DNA from: Candidatus Latescibacterota bacterium
Lineage (GTDB): Bacteria > Latescibacterota > UBA2968
Assembly (NCBI GenBank): GCA_965205975.1
Contig: OZ242195.1
Span: 3,136,001 to 3,200,000, forward strand
Reading direction: 5' to 3'
DNA: 64,000 nt
Shown here: positions 30,111 through 38,865 of the stretch, piece by piece
Numbering within the stretch: position 1 is the stretch's first letter
How the letters are laid out: every line of letters starts with the position of its first letter
Program-made: the position numbers and the translations under genes
Notes under the pieces: generated by a model
What the model was told of the DNA's origin: nothing
Database searches by the model: none
Seen by the model: the letters and a program-made list of their open reading frames with translations, nothing else

Positions 30111-32312
30111 TTAAAAAAAAGACATCTTATAGTGCACTTTAATACTCCGCCCTATTTCGGGCATCACGGATCGAATGCGCGAGAGATGGTTGCGGTATTC
30201 CGTATCCAAAAGATTGTCCAAAGAGAGAATAATACTATGGCGGGTATGATTGGTGTTAATATCGCGTTGGGCATACACACCGAAAACAGCATAGCCATCC
30301 GTAGGATCTTCAAATATATCCACGCGCTCCTGTCCCGCGACAAATTCCGCAGTCCCGCCAACAGTAAAATAGGGATGATGATAGGTCGTACTGCCGACAA
30401 ACTTGAGCGGCGGAATCTCGGGCAGAGGCAAATGCTCATCCCGGTTCTCGCCACGCACATAACTGCCGTTTAATTCCAGATTCAAACGCGTATTTAAACG
30501 CCACCCCAGATGCATCTCCAGACCCAAAAATCGCGCGGCAACACCATCGGCAGCGTAAATCGGCAAAAGTTGGGCAAAATTGATCTCTCCGGTATTGCGC
30601 GGGGCAATATAGGTATCAAACTCGTTCCAATATCCGCTCAAAACAAAATCGACGCCCGGTTGCAAATAATGAAAAAAGACCTCGAAGCCCAGGCTCGTCT
30701 CGGCCTCGAGATCGACATTGCCCACCTCAAAAGTGTAAGCAGCCAGATGCGGCCCATCGTTATAAAGCTCTTCAATCGTGGGCACGCGCTGAGATCGGCT
30801 TAAGTTTAAACCGCCGGTTAGCCGGTCAGTAATAGTCACGAGCGGACTAATCGCCGCTGACCAGGCGTGAAAGGTGCGATCTACATCGAGATCTGCAATG
30901 CTCTTTGTTCTTGGGCGCGGATCAAAGTCGGCATACGTATAACGCGCAGAAGCCTGAAATTCGATGTCGCGATAGGTGCATTCGTGGTAGAGACCTAAGG
31001 AAGCATTTAGCTCTCGCGTGGGCGGTGTAAAAACAAACGCGCCCAATTTGAGGTTATGATGGCCAAAGCCCAGAGCGAGAACGGTATTTCGCATCTGGCC
31101 CTGTGTGTTCATAAGCAATTTGAGATCACCGCGGTAGTCGTGGAACAAAAACTCAGACCCAATATTGCCGCTGGACTCGTACTCAAAGTGGTGATAGAAG
31201 GTCCTGGTAAAATCCATCTCCACACTACTGAACACCTGGCGATCAAAATGAAAGGCCGCCTTGCCATCAAACACGCGGCGATCAATATCCAGATCTACGC
31301 CATTGGGATGTCCGCCAATAAATCCGCCGGGAATGCCGTATTGGGTATCGAACTGATCAAAAGAAGCACCGATATATCCCCGATCAGTGGGATATGACAG
31401 ACCGAGCGTATGCGTGCGCGTATCAATAGGTGTATTGGCAAGTCTGCCAATGGGGGTTTGCACATCCCGGGTATTGCGGTACGTCGTCTCGGCATACAGC
31501 GCGAGCGGACCCACGGGCACTGTGATTCCAGCGGCTGAGAGATACCCTCGATTGACCGTCTCGCCATAAGCACCAACACTGCCAAAAACGCGCTGCGGAT
31601 GGTCTTCGGGTATCTTCTGTTTTACAACATTGATAACCCCGCCAATGGCCGATGCCGTGTGAAGCAACGTGCGCGGACCCCGAATAATTTCGAGACGCTC
31701 GGAATTAAAAGGCTCAAGCGTAACAGCGTGATCGGCAGAAGTAGCGGATAAATCCCGAGTCTCGATACCATCTATATTGATCTGTACGCGGTCACCACTC
31801 AGGCCGCGTATAACCGGGCGAGCGGGTGCAGGCCCCATGCTGCGGATAGCGACGCCGATTTCGTTTTTCATCGTCTCGGCAAGCGTGAGACTATACTTCT
31901 TCTGAAGTTCATCCCCCGAAAGCACGCCAGTCGCTTCGTACAATTCTTCAAAACGGGTTTCGACATTTTTGGCGACCACATCAATGGTATCCAAAAGAAT
32001 TTCCTGAGCGACCATTTCCACGTACAGCATGGAAAGCTTCGCGCTTGAGACCCCGACTTCCCGATGCGCTGTCCCATAGCCGATACGGTAAAAAGACAGG
32101 CGATGAACGCCCTCCGACAGACGCAAGACAAAACGGCCCCGTTCATCGGTTATTGTACCCACTGCGCCATCATCGAGTTTGATATCGACATTGCCCATTG
32201 CGCGTTGGGTCTTGTGATCAAAAACATATCCCTCGAGCAAACGCGTCTCTTGCGATGCGCTGATCGCGAAAAAAAAGAACACAACAATAAAAAAAGAAGC
32301 CGTGAATCTCAA
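30111..32312 (-). CDS. TonB-dependent receptor (ZnuD-like), copy 1
   Basis: N-terminal carboxypeptidase-like domain, RPVIRGL, DHAV plug, EIIRGP, NDGPHLA, C-terminal Phe. Confidence 0.9.
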   Translation of the reverse strand: MRFTASFFIVVFFFFAISASQETRLLEGYVFDHKTQRAMGNVDIKLDDGAVGTITDERGRFVLRLSEGVHRLSFYRIGYGTAHREVGVSSAKLSMLYVEMVAQEILLDTIDVVAKNVETRFEELYEATGVLSGDELQKKYSLTLAETMKNEIGVAIRSMGPAPARPVIRGLSGDRVQINIDGIETRDLSATSADHAVTLEPFNSERLEIIRGPRTLLHTASAIGGVINVVKQKIPEDHPQRVFGSVGAYGETVNRGYLSAAGITVPVGPLALYAETTYRNTRDVQTPIGRLANTPIDTRTHTLGLSYPTDRGYIGASFDQFDTQYGIPGGFIGGHPNGVDLDIDRRVFDGKAAFHFDRQVFSSVEMDFTRTFYHHFEYESSGNIGSEFLFHDYRGDLKLLMNTQGQMRNTVLALGFGHHNLKLGAFVFTPPTRELNASLGLYHECTYRDIEFQASARYTYADFDPRPRTKSIADLDVDRTFHAWSAAISPLVTITDRLTGGLNLSRSQRVPTIEELYNDGPHLAAYTFEVGNVDLEAETSLGFEVFFHYLQPGVDFVLSGYWNEFDTYIAPRNTGEINFAQLLPIYAADGVAARFLGLEMHLGWRLNTRLNLELNGSYVRGENRDEHLPLPEIPPLKFVGSTTYHHPYFTVGGTAEFVAGQERVDIFEDPTDGYAVFGVYAQRDINTNHTRHSIILSLDNLLDTEYRNHLSRIRSVMPEIGRSIKVHYKMSFF

Positions 32313-32377
32313 AACGAATCTCCAACAGAGAAAAAGCCCTCACTCTATCCTGAGAAAACCGAGTGAGGGCAAGGGAA

Positions 32378-32869
32378 CTACTGATCTACGACACGCACGG
32401 GAATGGGAATCGTGCGAAAATCTACATGATCGTCATGGGTGACCTGGAGCTCAATCGTAGTTTCGCCTACCTTGAGGCCGCGCAGTTGGAATTCAAACTT
32501 TCCTACATCTGCAGGCTCCTGATGAACTTCCACAACTGTGTTATCGGCAATCGCCCATGTAAAGCTGTCATCTGGATCATCTGGCGGGTCAATTTCGTCG
32601 CCATCGTGGTCCAGGAACATAATACTCCATTTAGCAGTAAGTCCACCATTGGGAACTTCGAGATGACCTGCCCGACCACCGCTGGCATCGATCGCCCCTT
32701 CAAAATAGCGGAAGAATCGATTGCCCGAATCTATGATAACCAGACCCTCAGGTTCGAAATGCTCTTCGTGTTCAGACATGGGATCATCACTACCACAACC
32801 AATCACAAACAGAGTCAGAACTGCCACAGCGGCAAAAGTGCGTTGAAGCGATTTTCTTCTAAAAAACAT
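32378..32869 (-). CDS. His/acid-rich lipoprotein, copy 1
   Basis: Lipobox VIGC; EHEEH and HDDHVDF. Confidence 0.8.
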   Translation of the reverse strand: MFFRRKSLQRTFAAVAVLTLFVIGCGSDDPMSEHEEHFEPEGLVIIDSGNRFFRYFEGAIDASGGRAGHLEVPNGGLTAKWSIMFLDHDGDEIDPPDDPDDSFTWAIADNTVVEVHQEPADVGKFEFQLRGLKVGETTIELQVTHDDHVDFRTIPIPVRVVDQ

Positions 32870-32993
32870 GATAGTCTCCTGAATGGTAAAACCTGTACAG
32901 GGCACACGGGCTCACAGAGAGAGACCCTCTTATTCAGGCCCGCACAAAAAGGCACAAAAATAAAGCAACCTTCAGTATTAAGATATTCAGTAT

Positions 32994-33272
32994 TCAGGAG
33001 ACTACTGGAGGGGATCGGCCCTGCGGCAAAAGAAAAAACTGGTGGGATAAAAATGTGGCGTTCGACAGAAGATAAAACCAACAGACATATAACGCGCGAA
33101 AAATAACTATGGCACTGATAAGACCACAAAAGCTGTAAACCCAATGGCAAACAAGACAATGGATATCATGCTCTACATGGTCAAATGCATGCCCAAAGGC
33201 AAGGGCAAATGCGCCGATGAACAACACGACGACCAGTGTTTTAACGAATGGATATTTGGTGTGTAGATTCAT
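32994..33272 (-). CDS. DUF2946/CruR-like leader protein (His, CxxC, RSPP), copy 1
   Basis: Hydrophobic N-terminus, HAFDHVEHDIHCLVCH, C-terminal GRSPPVVS; upstream of a TonB-receptor operon. Confidence 0.75.
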   Translation of the reverse strand: MNLHTKYPFVKTLVVVLFIGAFALAFGHAFDHVEHDIHCLVCHWVYSFCGLISAIVIFRALYVCWFYLLSNATFLSHQFFLLPQGRSPPVVS

Positions 33273-33319
33273 CTCAATAGTGTGTCTTTAACAATCAAAC
33301 CCGGCCCTGGTTCCCAATA

Positions 33320-33349
33320 AATATGCAATACATCATATCTTATTGCAAG
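33320..33349 (-). promoter_or_regulatory. Promoter overlapped by an inverted repeat
   Basis: TTGCAA-17-CATATT with TGCAATA-N10-TATTGCA. Confidence 0.55.
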
Positions 33350-33397
33350 TCTTGAGTGATTTGCGGTTTCCAAAGACTCCTGATATTCAATAGATAC

Positions 33398-33799
33398 TTA
33401 CCAGATTGTTGCCACTTGTGATTGCTGAATTTTTTCATCTTTACTGATCAGCGGCAATTCCATATACAGCGCAGTACCCGCAATGATGCGGTCAGGCATA
33501 TCAGGCACTATTGTTCGGGGTATCTCAGCTATTTTGTGAACAATATCCTGGGTTAGATCTACCAAAACCAAATTGCTGTCACCTGTTTTTAGATTATCGT
33601 GAAGCAGTTGCTGATTTTCAAGTGGAATACGACCTTTCTCTTGTAAATAAAGAATTTCAACCAAACAGATCGTGGGTATGTAAATGAAAGCGTCGTCTTG
33701 TTCACAGGCATCAAAAATTTGGCTGGCCTTAGCTCCTAGAAGAACGCTACCCTCCAAATACCAGATCAAACCATGTGTATCAGTGACTGCACGAGTCAT
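33398..33799 (-). CDS. VapC/PIN toxin
   Basis: VTDTHGLIW, ICLVEI, DMPDRIIAGTA, LISKD. Confidence 0.88.
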   Translation of the reverse strand: MTRAVTDTHGLIWYLEGSVLLGAKASQIFDACEQDDAFIYIPTICLVEILYLQEKGRIPLENQQLLHDNLKTGDSNLVLVDLTQDIVHKIAEIPRTIVPDMPDRIIAGTALYMELPLISKDEKIQQSQVATIW

Positions 33800-34035
33800 T
33801 GGGAAACCTCTCGAGGGAAATTGTCCCACATTTCCTTACGGTTTTCACGTATTTCTTTATCCGTGATGTTTAGTCCTTTCCAGATACCTCGTAGAGATCT
33901 GTTTGGGGCCTTCTTTATCCCTTTAAGATCATGTTCTACTTGATCGGTCATACCGCGAATCAATTGAATCTTCTCCTCAACTGACAGCGAACGCGTTGTA
34001 TTCAAAATTTCTGCCACCATGGGATCAGTTGCCAT
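33796..34035 (-). CDS. Cognate antitoxin
   Basis: 79 aa, RSLRGIW...EI...RKEMW.NFPRE; overlaps the toxin start. Confidence 0.75.
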   Translation of the reverse strand: MATDPMVAEILNTTRSLSVEEKIQLIRGMTDQVEHDLKGIKKAPNRSLRGIWKGLNITDKEIRENRKEMWDNFPREVSQ

Positions 34036-34186
34036 TTCAGACCTCCATTTATGTGCTCTGCCACAAAATTTGCTTTCTTTCATTATTTCCAAAATGAAAG
34101 ATATGACTTGACCTCAAAAAGAGCAAGCCCCAGATCAGCAGACTGAACTGGGGCGTAGTGAAGTGTCAGCATATCTGACCGCTAAA

Positions 34187-36388
34187 TTAAAAGAAAAACA
34201 TCTTGTAATGCACTTTAATGCTCCGCCCTGTCTCGGGCATCACGGATCGAATGCGCGAAAGATGGTTGCGGTATTCCGTATCCAAAAGGTTGTCCAAAGA
34301 GAGAATAATACTATGGCGAGTATGATCGGTATTAATATCGCGCTGGGCATAGACACCGAAAACAGCATAGCCATCCGTAGGATCTTCAAATATATCCACG
34401 CGCTCCTGTCCCGCGACAAATTCCGCAGTCCCGCCAACAGTAAAATAGGGATGATGATAGGTCGTACTGCCGACAAACTTGAGCGGCGGAATCTCGGGCA
34501 GGGGCAACTGCTCATCCCGGTTCTCGCCACGCACATAACTGCCGTTTAATTCCAGATTCAAACGCGTATTTAAACGCCACCCCAGATGCATCTCCAGACC
34601 CAAAAATCGCGCGGCAACACCATCGGCAGCGTAAATCGGCAAAAGTTGGGCAAAATTGATCTCTCCGGTATTGCGCGGGGCAATATAGGTATCAAACTCG
34701 TTCCAATATCCGCTCAAAACAAAATCGACGCCCGGTTGCAAATAATGAAAAAAGACCTCGAAGCCCAGGCTCGTTTCGGCCTCGAGATCGACATTGCCCA
34801 CCTCAAAAGTGTAAGCAGCCAGATGCGGCCCATCGTTATAAAGCTCTTCAATAGTAGGCTCCCGCTGGGATCGGCTTAAGTTTAAACCGCCGGTTAGCCG
34901 GTCAGTAATAGTCACAAGCGGACTAATCGCTGCAGACCATGCGTGAAAGGTGCGACCTACACGGAGAGCCGCCAGACTCCTTGTCGTCGGACGCGGATCA
35001 AAGTCGGCATACGTATAACGCGCAGAAGCCTGAAATTCGATATCGCGATAAATAAATTCGTGGTAGAGACCTAATGAAGCGCATTGCTCTCGCGTGGGCG
35101 GTGTAAAAACAAATCCCCCCAATTTGAGGTTATGATGGCCAAAGCCCAGGGACAGAACGGTATTTCGCGTCTGGCCCTGTGTGTTCATAAGCAATTTGAG
35201 ATCACCGCGGTAGTCGTGGAACAAAAACTCGGACCCAATACTGCCACTGGACTCGTACTCGAAGTGGTGATAGAAGGTCCTGGTAAAATCCACCTCTACG
35301 CTACTGAACACCTGGTGATCAAAATGGAAGGCCGCCCTGCCATCAAATATCCGGCGATCAATATCCAGATCTACGCCATTGGGATGTCCGCCAATAAACC
35401 CTCCGGGAATGCCGTATTGGGTATCGAACTGATCAAAAGAAGCACCGATATATCCCCGGTCAGTGGGATACGACAGACCGAGCGTATGTGTGCGCGTATC
35501 AATAGGTGTGTTGACAAGCCTGCCAATGGGGGTTTGCACATCCCGGGTATTGCGGTACGTGGTCTCGGCATACAGCGCAAGCGGACCCACGGGCACTGTA
35601 ATCCCAGCGGCTGAGAGATACCCTCGATTGACCGTCTCGCCATAAGCACCAACACTGCCAGAAACGCGCTGCGGATGGTATTCGGGAATTTTTTCTTTCA
35701 CGACATTGATAACCCCACCAATGGCCGATGCCGTGTGAAGCAGTATGCGCGGTCCCCGAATAATTTCGAGGCGTTCTGAATTAAAAGGCTCAAGCGTAAC
35801 AGCGTGATCGGCAGAAGTAGCGGATAAATCTCGAGTCTCCATACCATCTATATTGATCTGTATGCGGTCGCCACTGAGGCCGCGTATAACTGGTCGAGCA
35901 GGTGCAGGACCCATGCTGCGGATGGCGACACCGATTTCGTTTTTCATCGTCTCGGCAAGCGTGAGACTGTACTTCTTCTGAAGTTCATCTCCCGAAAGCA
36001 CGCCAGTCGCTTCGTACAATTCTTCAAAGCGCGTCTCAGCACTTTGGGCGACCACCTCAATGGTATCCGCAACAATTTCCCGGGCAACCATTTCGATGTA
36101 CAGAATGGGCAATTTCTCATCCGAAACCCTTATTTCCCGACTCACCAATCCATACCCAACACGAAAAAAAGACAGGCGATAAACACCCTCCGACAGACGC
36201 AAGATAAAACGGCCTCGTTCATCGGTTGTCGTGCCCTCTGCGCCATCATCGAGTATGATATCGACATTGTCAATTGTGCGTTGGGTCTTGCGATCAAAAA
36301 CATATCCCTCGAGCAAACGCATTTCACCCGCTGCGTTGATCGCGGAAAAGCAGACCACAAAAACGAGAATGAAGGCTGTAAATCTCAA
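34187..36388 (-). CDS. TonB-dependent receptor (ZnuD-like), copy 2
   Basis: 733 aa paralog of 30111-32312. Confidence 0.9.
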   Translation of the reverse strand: MRFTAFILVFVVCFSAINAAGEMRLLEGYVFDRKTQRTIDNVDIILDDGAEGTTTDERGRFILRLSEGVYRLSFFRVGYGLVSREIRVSDEKLPILYIEMVAREIVADTIEVVAQSAETRFEELYEATGVLSGDELQKKYSLTLAETMKNEIGVAIRSMGPAPARPVIRGLSGDRIQINIDGMETRDLSATSADHAVTLEPFNSERLEIIRGPRILLHTASAIGGVINVVKEKIPEYHPQRVSGSVGAYGETVNRGYLSAAGITVPVGPLALYAETTYRNTRDVQTPIGRLVNTPIDTRTHTLGLSYPTDRGYIGASFDQFDTQYGIPGGFIGGHPNGVDLDIDRRIFDGRAAFHFDHQVFSSVEVDFTRTFYHHFEYESSGSIGSEFLFHDYRGDLKLLMNTQGQTRNTVLSLGFGHHNLKLGGFVFTPPTREQCASLGLYHEFIYRDIEFQASARYTYADFDPRPTTRSLAALRVGRTFHAWSAAISPLVTITDRLTGGLNLSRSQREPTIEELYNDGPHLAAYTFEVGNVDLEAETSLGFEVFFHYLQPGVDFVLSGYWNEFDTYIAPRNTGEINFAQLLPIYAADGVAARFLGLEMHLGWRLNTRLNLELNGSYVRGENRDEQLPLPEIPPLKFVGSTTYHHPYFTVGGTAEFVAGQERVDIFEDPTDGYAVFGVYAQRDINTDHTRHSIILSLDNLLDTEYRNHLSRIRSVMPETGRSIKVHYKMFFF

Positions 36389-36451
36389 AACATACCTCCT
36401 ATAAAAACCCTCACCCGGTCTTTCAAAAACCGGATGAGGGCAAAGCAGTTA

Positions 36452-36940
36452 CTACTCTCCGACATGCACCGGAATGGGCAGCGTGCGAAAATCCACATGA
36501 TCGTCGTGTGTGACCTGGAGTTCAATCGTAGTCTCGCCTACCTTGAGACCCCGCAGGTGAAAATCAAACTTGCCGACATCGTCGGCATCCTGAACAACTT
36601 CCAAAACCGTGGGATCGGCAATCGCCCATGTAAATTTGAAATCCGGATCATCTGGCGGGGCAATCTCGTCGCCATGGTCATCCAGAAAACGGATGCTCCA
36701 GTGCGGCGTTTCCTCATTGAGGGGGGCGTCAAGATGATCTGCCCGACCACCGCTGGCATCAATCTGCCCTTGAAAATAGCGGAAAAAACGATTGCCCGAA
36801 TCTATAATAACCAGACCCTCGGGTTCGAAATGCTCTTCCTGGTGAGACATGGGATCGTCACTACCACAACCGATCACAAAGAAAGCCAGAACTGCCACAG
36901 CGACAAAGGTGCGTTGAAAAGATTTTCTTCTAAAAAACAT
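36452..36940 (-). CDS. His/acid-rich lipoprotein, copy 2
   Basis: Lipobox VIGC; paralog of 32378-32869. Confidence 0.8.
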   Translation of the reverse strand: MFFRRKSFQRTFVAVAVLAFFVIGCGSDDPMSHQEEHFEPEGLVIIDSGNRFFRYFQGQIDASGGRADHLDAPLNEETPHWSIRFLDDHGDEIAPPDDPDFKFTWAIADPTVLEVVQDADDVGKFDFHLRGLKVGETTIELQVTHDDHVDFRTLPIPVHVGE

Positions 36941-37066
36941 GATATAGTCTCCTGAATAAGCCCGCACGGGCAGAGAACACGCAGAGGGGTCCCCTCTTAT
37001 GCCCGCACAAAAAGGCACAAAAATACAGAAAAATAATGCAAACTTTAGTATGGAGATATTCAGTAT

Positions 37067-37363
37067 TCAGAAGACTACTGGAGGGGCTCGGCTCTGAGGT
37101 GAAAGGAAAAACTGGTGGGATAAAAATGTGGGGTGCGGCAGAGTGAAAAAACAACAGGCGTATAATGCACCAAAAACGACTATGGCACTGATAAGACCAC
37201 TAAAGCTATAAACCCAATGGCAAACGAAGCAATGGGTGTCATGTTGACCATGGTCACCATGGTCACCATGGTCAACCGCATGCCCAAAGGCAAGGGCAAA
37301 CGCGCCGACGAGCAATATGACGATCAGCGTTTTAACGAGCGGGTGTCTGGTGTAGAAATTCAT
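37067..37363 (-). CDS. DUF2946/CruR-like leader protein (His, CxxC, RAPP), copy 2
   Basis: HAVDHGDHGDHGQHDTHCFVCH; C-terminal SRAPPVVF. Confidence 0.78.
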   Translation of the reverse strand: MNFYTRHPLVKTLIVILLVGAFALAFGHAVDHGDHGDHGQHDTHCFVCHWVYSFSGLISAIVVFGALYACCFFTLPHPTFLSHQFFLSPQSRAPPVVF

Positions 37364-37416
37364 TCTTAATACTATATGGGGCTACCTCGAGCAAAAATAG
37401 TTGTCTATCAATGCGC

Positions 37417-37869
37417 CTATTTGTCCCCCGCGGAATGCGCTCGCAATTGTCTAATCGATTGCAATCGCAAAAGCAATTTTTCGAGATTTGATTTTAGCTC
37501 TTTCTGGATCTCGACCATTTGCTCGGGAGTCACCTGTAGATTTTCTTTTTCGCCATGGTGTCCATGACCGTGATCATGGGCTTCTTCCGAGTCATCTCCC
37601 GGCACTTCAACCACATTTTTTTCCCACAATTCAAAGTCTTTTTCGATAACCTGAAGACTATCGCGTATTTCCACAGCATGATGTGAAAATGACTTTAGAC
37701 TATCCAGTTGGTTCTCAAATTGCTCTTCAATTTCCATCATCGCCTTGTGAATATCCGCCGCCTGTTGCAAGTGGTGTGCATCTTCTTTATTTTCTCCATG
37801 GCAAGAAACAAAGAACGCAAACACTACAACACTTATCACTTTGAGTCGCATTGGATTTTGTCTCTCCAT
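37417..37869 (-). CDS. His-rich helical lipoprotein
   Basis: Lipobox FVSC; VEVPG..HDHGHGHH. Confidence 0.7.
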   Translation of the reverse strand: MERQNPMRLKVISVVVFAFFVSCHGENKEDAHHLQQAADIHKAMMEIEEQFENQLDSLKSFSHHAVEIRDSLQVIEKDFELWEKNVVEVPGDDSEEAHDHGHGHHGEKENLQVTPEQMVEIQKELKSNLEKLLLRLQSIRQLRAHSAGDK

Positions 37870-37897
37870 ATTTTACGTCTCCTTTCGCGTGTTTATC

Positions 37898-38296
37898 CTA
37901 TTTTTCACAATCATCTTTGCGACATAAATGATGATTCCGAATATGGCCTGAGATCAAAAATCCCGACCCTAAAACGGTCCCCATCCGCTCCCCTATTTCC
38001 CCAAAAAGATCATGGCCAACCATAACCATTACGACGAGAAGGGACAGCCCAAGGATACCGAGACCAATGACAAATTGATCTTTATGACGGCGACACCCCA
38101 ACCCAAGGGCAAGAATGCTGGTGGGCAGAATCAGCCACATCAAAAGCCCATGAAAATGTTCATCGCCAACAAATGTAGTTGCCAATAACGGAAACGCAAT
38201 AAGTGCAACAGGCAATGTCAAACAATGGACCGCACACATTGTTGAAAGAACAATGGCGATTTTGTCACCTGCGGTTTGATAGCTCAAACGCGCCAT
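37898..38296 (-). CDS. MerC-domain membrane protein
   Basis: DKIAI.LS.MCAVHCL.LP, G.RRH, GHIRN. Confidence 0.85.
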   Translation of the reverse strand: MARLSYQTAGDKIAIVLSTMCAVHCLTLPVALIAFPLLATTFVGDEHFHGLLMWLILPTSILALGLGCRRHKDQFVIGLGILGLSLLVVMVMVGHDLFGEIGERMGTVLGSGFLISGHIRNHHLCRKDDCEK

Positions 38297-38331
38297 TTAT
38301 TATCTCCTTTTTATTGATAATAACGACACAC

Positions 38332-38865
38332 TTAATATGTATCACCAGGATTGTTTTTCATATCACGCGTCTCCACCACCTCGGCTTTACTGATGCGAAA
38401 AAAGAGTTCGGAAGGATCTTTTTGCAACAGTTCCAGGCGACCTGTAATGGTAATAGGATCATAAGTAAAATCAATCGGTTTGCTCGGACGAATATCTACC
38501 AGAGACTCAGGCCCACCCCCGCCTACACAAAACGAACATCCCCCAAGTGAATACGGCGTCAAGACAAAACGCGTTTGTTTTTTTTGAGCCGATAGCGGAA
38601 TCATAAATCCGACAAGCTCAACGTACTTGCCATTCATTTTTTTTAATGTATCGGAAAAAATGGGCACAAAGTTCGGCGCATAAGGATCATAACTCACAGT
38701 CGCAAGGGTTTCCCAAAGCGAACCCTTCATCATCTGGGGCAGTGGAGACGCCTGAAGCTCTGGGCGATGGTCTGTTGACGAGGGCGGTGCTTCACTGCCA
38801 GTATCTATTCTCAAAACCACAGCAAATAACAAAATAAACATTACCGTGCGTTGTATATTCATCAC
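38332..38865 (-). CDS. DUF3299 (ZrgD-like) protein
   Basis: NGKYV.L.GFMIPL, F.L.P, CSFC, I.I.GRL. Confidence 0.75.
   Translation of the reverse strand: MMNIQRTVMFILLFAVVLRIDTGSEAPPSSTDHRPELQASPLPQMMKGSLWETLATVSYDPYAPNFVPIFSDTLKKMNGKYVELVGFMIPLSAQKKQTRFVLTPYSLGGCSFCVGGGGPESLVDIRPSKPIDFTYDPITITGRLELLQKDPSELFFRISKAEVVETRDMKNNPGDTY

Larger units (their letters stand above)
30027..33285 (-). repeat. Segmental duplication copy 1 (leader ORF, lipoprotein, TonB receptor, terminator/promoter)
   Basis: Colinear with 34097-37370; near-identical in the 3' part of the receptor gene. Confidence 0.95.
34097..37370 (-). repeat. Segmental duplication copy 2
   Basis: Colinear with 30027-33285. Confidence 0.95.

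Noticed and set aside
30111..36388. Diversity-generating retroelement template/variable pair
   Set aside because: Both copies are full genes, differences are not adenine-specific, and there is no reverse transcriptase.
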